From sequence record PZ386974.1: DNA of 64,000 bases; one strand, given 5' to 3'. The notes beneath the pieces were generated by a model that was given only the letters and a program-made list of their open reading frames with translations, ran no database searches and was not told where the DNA came from. This document shows positions 57,228-64,000 of this stretch, one piece after another. Position numbers and translations under genes: made by a program. Each line of letters starts with the position of its first letter. The first letter of the stretch is position 1. The stretch is from a phage.

Positions 57228-57886
57228 TGACTGTACTTAATACAAAGGCGGGAGTTATTTCCCGTCATGCTGATTTTTTGAATTACAGAAAAAATCCAGC
57301 TCAAATTGATGTTTTAAACAACCAAGCTGTAGGTTCCGTGACTATTTCTCAGTTAGCTCGCGGTTTTTATGATGCTAACGTAGAATCTGCAATAAATGAT
57401 GTCCATAATATGGCACGAGCTGATATTGGTACTGTTGTCACAAACACTTCAGGCGTATCGCCTGAAGGTACAGCACAAGTTGATTATTGGACTTTTTCTG
57501 GTGATGTTCTCGACGATACTTTGACCACTGGAACGCCAGTCGTTATTAACGTATTTGGACTTGCTGTTAAAGCAACAATCGGTATGACTGATAACGAATT
57601 AACGGCACAAGTTCGTATAGCTTTACAAGAAGCCATTGCTAATCAAATCGCTATTTCTTCTTATAAAGACCATCCATCCGAAGGTAATAAACTTCAGGTG
57701 ACATATTTAGATAACCAACGTCATGTGTTGCCAACATATGCTTCGTTTGGTGTAACAATTTCGCAAGAAATTTTGTCTGAAGCAAAATCCGGATACGGAA
57801 CATGGAATTTATTAGGTGCCCAAACGGTTACTCTTGATAACCATGATACTCCTACCGTTTTCTACCACTTTGTGAGAGCCTCATGA
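57227..57886 (+). CDS. 11: Baseplate wedge protein gp11 (short tail fiber attachment)
   Basis: Track ORF 57209..57886; ATG at 57227 overlaps the gene 10 stop (TAATG); 219 aa, the T4 gp11 length. Confidence 0.9.
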   Translation: MTVLNTKAGVISRHADFLNYRKNPAQIDVLNNQAVGSVTISQLARGFYDANVESAINDVHNMARADIGTVVTNTSGVSPEGTAQVDYWTFSGDVLDDTLTTGTPVVINVFGLAVKATIGMTDNELTAQVRIALQEAIANQIAISSYKDHPSEGNKLQVTYLDNQRHVLPTYASFGVTISQEILSEAKSGYGTWNLLGAQTVTLDNHDTPTVFYHFVRAS

Positions 57887-59466
57887 GTAATAACAATACA
57901 TACCAACACGTTTCAAATGAATCTATTTACGTTGAATTCGACCCTACTGGGTCGAATTTTCCAGATACAGTCACTAATGTCCAAGCCGCATTAGCTGCTA
58001 TTTCTCCTTCAGGTGTTAACGGCGTCCCGGAAGCAACAACTACTACACCTGGAATTATTCAAATAGCCACTCCACAAGAAGTTATTGATGGATTAGATAA
58101 TAGTAAAGCTGTTACTCCGGCATCACTGAATGCTCGTCTACAATATCCTAATGCAACCGAAACTCAATATGGTTTAACTCGTTATGCTACTGAAGATGAA
58201 GCAGTAGCCGGAGCTATTGACGATGCATCAATTACTCCGCTTAAATTGAATCAAAAAATAGACAATGTATTCCAGACAAAAGTATCAACAGAAGCAACAA
58301 ATGGTGTAATTAAAATTTCAACTTCTGCTGCGGCATTAGCTGGTTCTGACGATACAACGGCAATGACCCCGTTAAAAACACAACAATTAGCAATTAAACT
58401 TATTTCACAAATTGCTCCAAATAATAGTGACGCCACCGAATCTATTACAGGTGTTGTTCGTTTAGCTACAGTTGCACAAGCACAACAAGGCACCCTGCGT
58501 GAAGGCTATGCAATTTCACCTTATACCTTTATGAATTCAGTAGCATCAGAAACTAATAAAGGTGTCGTTAAACTAGGGACACAGACTGAAGTAAATAGTA
58601 ACAACTCTTCAGTTGTAGTGACCGGCGCAACATTAAACGGGCGTGGGGCTACAACTTCTTTACGTGGAGTTGTTCGTTTAACTACACAAGCGGGTAGCCA
58701 ATCAGGTGGTGATGGTTCTTCTGCCCTTGCTTGGAATGCTGATGTTATCCACCAACGAGGCGGTCAAACTATTAATGGCACGCTTCGCATTAATAATACG
58801 TTGACGGTTGGTTCTGGTGGTGCTAATATAACGGGTAATGTCAATATGACTGGTGGTTATATTCAAGGCAATCGTATTGTGACTCAAAATGAATTAGACC
58901 GAATTCTTCCAGTTGGCGCTATTACAATGTGGGCTGCAGATAGTTTGCCGAGTTCGGACTGGCGTTTCTGTCACGGTGGGACCGTTTCTGCTTCAGAATG
59001 TCCGGTATATGCTTCCAGAATTGGGACACGATATGGTGGTAGTTCTTCTAACCCAGGCTTGCCCGATATGCGTGGATTATTTGTTCGCGGCTCAGGTCGT
59101 GGTAACCATTTAACTAACCCTAATGTTAATGGTAATGACCAATTCGGTAAGCCTCGTCTGGCGGTAGGTTGTACCGGTGGATATGTTGGTGAGGTGCAAA
59201 AACAACAGATGTCATATCATAAGCATGCTGGCGGTTTTGGTGAACATGACGATGCAGGAGCATTCGGTAATACTCGTCGTTCAAACTTTGTTGGTACTCG
59301 TAAAGGACTTGACTGGGATAACCGTTCGTATTTTACTAACGATGGATATGAAATTGATCCAGCGTCTCAGCGTAACTCTAAATATACCCTGAATCGTCCA
59401 GAATTAATTGGAAATGAAACTCGCCCATGGAATATTTCTTTAAACTATATCATTAAGGTAAAATAA
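57883..59466 (+). CDS. 12: Short tail fiber protein gp12
   Basis: 527 aa, identical in length to T4 gp12; Gly/Thr/Ala-rich fibrous repeats. Confidence 0.92.
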   Translation: MSNNNTYQHVSNESIYVEFDPTGSNFPDTVTNVQAALAAISPSGVNGVPEATTTTPGIIQIATPQEVIDGLDNSKAVTPASLNARLQYPNATETQYGLTRYATEDEAVAGAIDDASITPLKLNQKIDNVFQTKVSTEATNGVIKISTSAAALAGSDDTTAMTPLKTQQLAIKLISQIAPNNSDATESITGVVRLATVAQAQQGTLREGYAISPYTFMNSVASETNKGVVKLGTQTEVNSNNSSVVVTGATLNGRGATTSLRGVVRLTTQAGSQSGGDGSSALAWNADVIHQRGGQTINGTLRINNTLTVGSGGANITGNVNMTGGYIQGNRIVTQNELDRILPVGAITMWAADSLPSSDWRFCHGGTVSASECPVYASRIGTRYGGSSSNPGLPDMRGLFVRGSGRGNHLTNPNVNGNDQFGKPRLAVGCTGGYVGEVQKQQMSYHKHAGGFGEHDDAGAFGNTRRSNFVGTRKGLDWDNRSYFTNDGYEIDPASQRNSKYTLNRPELIGNETRPWNISLNYIIKVK

Positions 59467-60914
59467 TGACTGATATAACTCTGGTAGATTTACCATATGT
59501 TGACGGCCCACCAGACGCGGGTCAGAGTCGTATTGAATGGATTAAAAACGATGAAGAAATAACAGGTGCTGACACAAAATACGGTTCTGAAGGTGTAATG
59601 AACCGTCCTATTGTTGAAGTTCAACGTAACGTAGAAGCGTTAGATGTTAATATTAAAACTATAGCATCTTCTTTGAATACGGCCAATGAAGATATCAAAG
59701 CTATTCAAGGTATTTTAGATGTTTCTGGGGATGTTGATGCTCTTGCACAGATAGGCCAGAACACCCAAGATATCGATGTCATTAAAGTCACAGTTCAAAC
59801 CCATGCCAGTGAATTGAATGATTTGAATGAACATATTGATGCGAATACTGACGATATTGGTGTTTATAATCAGGAAACAGATTCAGTTTATAGAACGGTT
59901 CGTAACGACCTGCTTTGGATTAAAAATGAATTAGGACAATATACCGGTCAAGATATTAATGGGGTTCCTACTCCAGGAAATGATAGCACTGGTATGAAAC
60001 GCCGTATTATGACTAATAGCTCCGTAATTGTTGACCACGGTGTTCGTTTAACCGATTTGGAAACTAAATTTGCTGATTCTGACGTCGGCTCTTTAACTGT
60101 TGAAGTTGAACACTTGCGCGAAGAAATGGGGCCTCGCACTTCTTTCACTACTCCAGTGTTTAGTCGTCTTTCCGGTATTGATTTAACTTTGTCGCGTCAA
60201 AATGCTGACTTGGATGGCATTAAACAGTCTATTGGGTATCCTAATACGACTTCTATTATTACTACAACTAATGCGAATAGTTCAGCAATAAACGACATTA
60301 ATCTTGAGCTCAATCAATCTGGTGGTATTAAACCTCGTTTGACTACAGTAGAAACTGCCATTGGCGCCGATGATTTGCCTACTACAATCCAAGGACGTAT
60401 TAAACTCAATACTGATGCTATCGGAGCATTGAATACTGTTGTCGGCTCTGATTCTTCGTCAGGATTGCGTTTTAATGTGTCATGGTTAAATAACGTAGTT
60501 GGTGTTGACGCTTCAGGTGGGAAACCGGAACCAGACGGCTCTTTGCTTTATCGTACTCGAGAGCTTGAAGGAACTATCGGTGGGCTGAGTAATGACATTC
60601 AGAACATTCAAACTGATGTTGGGACTAATTCCACAGGAATTAAGGGTTCTGTAAACACATTAAATACTCTTATAAATGGCACCAACCCAAATGGTTCGAC
60701 TGTTGAAGAACGCGGTATATTGCCTACAGTTAAAAGTCATGATACGACAATTAATGGTTTAACTTCTAGAATTGCTACTCTTGAAACTGATTTGGCCGCT
60801 GCAGAAGCTGAAATCCAAACTCTTAAGGACGCTGGATATATTGAAGATGCTCCTTCAGACGGTAAATTCTATGTTCGCAAAGATGGTGCATGGGTTGAAC
60901 TTCCTACAGCTTAA
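59466..60914 (+). CDS. wac: Fibritin (whisker) wac
   Basis: 482 aa coiled-coil; N-terminus [28 protein letters not shown]... and C-terminal foldon-like ...GYIEDAPSDGKFYVRKDGAWVELPTA. Confidence 0.93.
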   Translation: MTDITLVDLPYVDGPPDAGQSRIEWIKNDEEITGADTKYGSEGVMNRPIVEVQRNVEALDVNIKTIASSLNTANEDIKAIQGILDVSGDVDALAQIGQNTQDIDVIKVTVQTHASELNDLNEHIDANTDDIGVYNQETDSVYRTVRNDLLWIKNELGQYTGQDINGVPTPGNDSTGMKRRIMTNSSVIVDHGVRLTDLETKFADSDVGSLTVEVEHLREEMGPRTSFTTPVFSRLSGIDLTLSRQNADLDGIKQSIGYPNTTSIITTTNANSSAINDINLELNQSGGIKPRLTTVETAIGADDLPTTIQGRIKLNTDAIGALNTVVGSDSSSGLRFNVSWLNNVVGVDASGGKPEPDGSLLYRTRELEGTIGGLSNDIQNIQTDVGTNSTGIKGSVNTLNTLINGTNPNGSTVEERGILPTVKSHDTTINGLTSRIATLETDLAAAEAEIQTLKDAGYIEDAPSDGKFYVRKDGAWVELPTA

Positions 60915-60920
60915 TGAAAA

Positions 60921-60934
60921 GGGCCTTCGGGCCC
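60921..60934 (+). terminator. Hairpin GGGCC-UUCG-GGCCC after wac
   Basis: Perfect 5 bp GC stem with UUCG loop; no clear U-run, so it may be an mRNA stability element rather than a terminator. Confidence 0.35.
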
Positions 60935-60946
60935 TAAAGGATTTAT

Positions 60947-61873
60947 ATGTCAGGTTATAATGCACAAAACCCTAAAGAATTAAAGGATGTAATATTACGT
61001 CGTTTAGGCGCTCCTATTGTAAATGTTGAATTAACTACAGACCAAATTTATGATTGTATTTCACGAGCGTTAGAACTTTATGGCGAATACCATTTTGACG
61101 GGTTGAATAAAGGTTTCCATGTATTTTTTGTTGATGACGAAGAAAAATACCGTCACGGCGTATTTGATATGCGTGGTTCTAACGTATTTGCTGTAACAAG
61201 AATTATAAGAACAAACGTTGGCTCTATTACTTCAATGGATGGTAATGCAACTTATCCATGGTTCACTGATTTCCTTTTAGGAATGGCCGGTGTTTCAGGT
61301 GGTATGGGTAGTAATTGTGGTAAATTCTACGGTCCGAACGCTTTTGGCGCTGACCTCGGGTATTATTCTCAATTAGTATCTTATATGGGTATGCTTCAAG
61401 ATATGATTGCTCCTCTTCCAGATTTTTGGTTTAACTCTGCAAACGAGCAATTAAAAGTAATGGGTAACTTTAGACAGAAAGATGTCATTATCGTTGAATC
61501 GTATGTTCGCTCTTATATCGAGACCCATAAGATGGTAGGAAATACAGTAGGGTACGGTCAGGTTGGTCCTCGTGATTCATGGTCTATTTCTGAACGTTAT
61601 GATAATCCAGACCATAATTTGGTCGGACGTCGAGTTGGTGAAGATCCTGCAACTAAACAAGGCGCATATAACAACCGCTGGGTTAAAGATTATGCAACTG
61701 CATTAGCTAAAGAGCTTAATGGACAAATTCTTGCTAAACATCAAGGTATGATGTTACCGGGTGGCGTCACTGTTGATGGTGTTCGATTAATTGAAGAAGC
61801 TCGTTTAGAGAAAGAAGCTTTACGAGAAGAGTTATATTTACTGGACCCTCCTGCAGGTATTTTGGTAGGTTAA
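60947..61873 (+). CDS. 13: Neck protein gp13
   Basis: 308 aa; synteny with T4 gp13. Confidence 0.9.
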   Translation: MSGYNAQNPKELKDVILRRLGAPIVNVELTTDQIYDCISRALELYGEYHFDGLNKGFHVFFVDDEEKYRHGVFDMRGSNVFAVTRIIRTNVGSITSMDGNATYPWFTDFLLGMAGVSGGMGSNCGKFYGPNAFGADLGYYSQLVSYMGMLQDMIAPLPDFWFNSANEQLKVMGNFRQKDVIIVESYVRSYIETHKMVGNTVGYGQVGPRDSWSISERYDNPDHNLVGRRVGEDPATKQGAYNNRWVKDYATALAKELNGQILAKHQGMMLPGGVTVDGVRLIEEARLEKEALREELYLLDPPAGILVG

Positions 61874-61874
61874 T

Positions 61875-62639
61875 ATGGCAACTTATGATAAAAATCTTTT
61901 CGCCAAGCTAGAAAATCGTGGTGGGTATTCTCAGACAAATGAGACTGAAATCCTCAATCCATTTGTCAATTTTAATAATTATGAGAATAGTCAGACATTA
62001 GCCGATGTTCTAGTGGCAGAAAGCATACAGATGCGCGGTATTGAATGTTTTTATGTTCCACGTGAATATGTTGCCGTGGACCTTATCTTTGGTGAGGACC
62101 TTAAAAATAAATTTACTAAAGCATGGAAATTTGCTGCATATCTGAACTCTTTTGAAGGTTATGAAGGAGCGAAATCGTTCTTCAGCAACTTCGGAATGCA
62201 AGTTCAAGACGAAGTTACATTATCTATTAACCCGGGTCTTTTCAAACACCAGGTCAACAATCAGGAGCCCAAGGAAGGTGATCTAATATACTTCCCAATG
62301 GACAACAGTTTGTTTGAGATTAACTGGGTTGAACCATATGACCCATTCTATCAAGTAGGTAAAAATGCGATTCGTAAAATTACTGCAGGCAAGTTTATTT
62401 ACTCTGGCGAAGAAATCAATCCGGTGCTTCAGAAAAATGAAGGTATCAATATACCTGAATTTAGTGACTTGGAACTTAACCCTGTTAGAAATCTTGACGG
62501 TATCCATGACATTAATATCGATGAATATTCTGAAGTTGAGCAAATCAATTCAGAGGCAAGTGAATACGTTGAGCCGTATGTAGTAGTTAACAACCGTGGT
62601 AGACAAAATTCACCATTTGACGATGGGTTTATGAATTAA
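61875..62639 (+). CDS. 14: Neck protein gp14
   Basis: 254 aa; synteny with T4 gp14. Confidence 0.9.
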   Translation: MATYDKNLFAKLENRGGYSQTNETEILNPFVNFNNYENSQTLADVLVAESIQMRGIECFYVPREYVAVDLIFGEDLKNKFTKAWKFAAYLNSFEGYEGAKSFFSNFGMQVQDEVTLSINPGLFKHQVNNQEPKEGDLIYFPMDNSLFEINWVEPYDPFYQVGKNAIRKITAGKFIYSGEEINPVLQKNEGINIPEFSDLELNPVRNLDGIHDINIDEYSEVEQINSEASEYVEPYVVVNNRGRQNSPFDDGFMN

Positions 62640-62691
62640 TAAATAGATAAGATAAAGCAAACACCGGTCGAAAGGCCGGTTAGGAGAAATG

Positions 62692-63513
62692 ATGTTTGGC
62701 TATTTTTACAACTCGTCGTTCAGGCGATATATCACAATGATGGGCGATTTGTTTTCAAATATCCAAGTTAACCGTCAATTGTCTACAGGCAATAAATTAA
62801 TTAGAGTTCCTATTACGTATGCATCTAAAGAGCACTTTATGATGAAACTTAATAAATGGACCTCTATAAACTCACAAGAAGATGTGGCTAAAGTCGAAAC
62901 TATTCTACCACGTATAAATCTCCAAATGGTAGATTTCGTTTATAACCCAACGTTTAAAACGAATATATTGAATAACTCTCTTTTGAGTAAATCGACTAAG
63001 GATATTGTAGACCAATACAACCCATCACCAATTAAAATGATTTTTGAACTGAGCATCTTTACTCGTTATGAAGATGATATGTTCCAAATCGTTGAGCAAA
63101 TTATTCCATATTTTCAGCCACATTTTAATACGACTATGATTGAGCAATATGGGCAGGATATTCCATTTGAAAGGGATATTAAAGTCGTATGGATGGCAGC
63201 AGCAATGGATGAACAAATAGACGGTGATAATTTATCCCGTCGACGTTTAGAGTGGTCATTAACATTTGAAGTAAATGGATGGATGTATCCTCCGGTAGGC
63301 GCAGCTGAAGGCCTTATTAAAACGACTTATCTTGATTTTCATGCTAATGAACGAGACCTTCAAACAGCCGCCAGCGTTTTTGAATCAGTTGATACAGAAA
63401 TTAAACCGAGAGACGTTGAAGCACAAGATTGGAATGGTGAAGTTGAACAAACTTATACTCATGATATTCCAATCCCGACTCCACCAACCCCTCCTGGTCC
63501 TAGAAAACAATAA
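62692..63513 (+). CDS. 15: Tail sheath stabiliser / tail terminator gp15
   Basis: MFGYFYNSSFRRY... matches the T4 gp15 N-terminus as recalled; second ATG chosen for Shine-Dalgarno spacing. Confidence 0.9.
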   Translation: MFGYFYNSSFRRYITMMGDLFSNIQVNRQLSTGNKLIRVPITYASKEHFMMKLNKWTSINSQEDVAKVETILPRINLQMVDFVYNPTFKTNILNNSLLSKSTKDIVDQYNPSPIKMIFELSIFTRYEDDMFQIVEQIIPYFQPHFNTTMIEQYGQDIPFERDIKVVWMAAAMDEQIDGDNLSRRRLEWSLTFEVNGWMYPPVGAAEGLIKTTYLDFHANERDLQTAASVFESVDTEIKPRDVEAQDWNGEVEQTYTHDIPIPTPPTPPGPRKQ

Positions 63514-63522
63514 GAGGTAAAT

Positions 63523-64000
63523 ATGGAAGGTCTAGATATTAATAAGCTTTTAGATATCTCTGACCTCCCTGGAATATCTGGGGAGGAAGTAGAGGTATAT
63601 GCTCCTTTACAATTGGTGGAAGTTCAGAGTAATCCTCAAAACCGCACCCCGGATTTGGAAGATGACTATAGCGTTGTTCGTAAGAATATGCACTTCCAAC
63701 AACAAATGTTAATGGACGCTGCCAAGATTTTTCTTGAGACGGCTAAAAATGCCGATTCTCCTCGTCACATGGAAGTATTTGCAACTCTTATGGGGCAAAT
63801 GACTACGACGAACAAAGAAATACTGAAGCTTCATAAAGATATGAAAGAAATCACATCTGAACAGGTTGGCACTAAAAGTACTGCTCCATCTAGTCAGATG
63901 AATATCCAAAATGCTACAGTGTTCATGGGCTCTCCAACAGAATTAATGGAAGAAGTAGGAGATGCTTACGAGGCTCAAGAAGCTCGTGAGAAGGTGATTA
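63523..64000 (+). CDS. 16: Terminase small subunit gp16 (3' end beyond window)
   Basis: ATG at 63523; own translation [49 protein letters not shown]... matches T4 gp16 as recalled; ORF runs off the window end. Confidence 0.9.
   Translation, partial: MEGLDINKLLDISDLPGISGEEVEVYAPLQLVEVQSNPQNRTPDLEDDYSVVRKNMHFQQQMLMDAAKIFLETAKNADSPRHMEVFATLMGQMTTTNKEILKLHKDMKEITSEQVGTKSTAPSSQMNIQNATVFMGSPTELMEEVGDAYEAQEAREKVI

Overview
This window is a T4-like (Tevenvirinae-type) myovirus genome segment, AT-rich and densely coded. Bases 1-45218 are almost entirely minus-strand early/middle genes in T4 order: 44 (truncated at the window edge), 45, rpbA, 46, 47, 55, nrdH-like, nrdG, nrdD, 49, nrdC, rI, tk, regB, denV, e, nudE, two tRNAs, ipI, 57B, 57A, 1, 3, 2, 4. 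Bases 45280-64000 are the plus-strand late baseplate/tail/neck block: 53, 5, 5.1, 5.4, 6, 7, 8, 9, 10, 11, 12, wac, 13, 14, 15 and the start of 16. Gene calls rest on my recollection of T4 protein sequences and on motifs read from the ORF track; no database search was run. The ORF track translates GTG/TTG first codons as M, so several starts were moved to an internal ATG with a Shine-Dalgarno. Coordinates of non-ORF features (hairpins, promoters, tRNAs) were counted by hand and may be off by 1-2 nt. The accessory stretches between conserved genes hold many small ORFs of unknown function, each typically preceded by an early-promoter-plus-stem-loop cassette (PeSL-like). The most interesting candidates are: a family of six capsid-targeting-sequence (MKTYxEFIxE) internal-protein-like genes; a tandem triplet of small paralogues with a shared C-terminal WVSSSxxC motif; a TARG1/DarG-like macrodomain protein; a nucleotidyltransferase-fold protein; a GC-rich non-coding island; and a frame-interrupted ORF upstream of nrdH. 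No CRISPR array, integrase, transposase or homing endonuclease was recognised.
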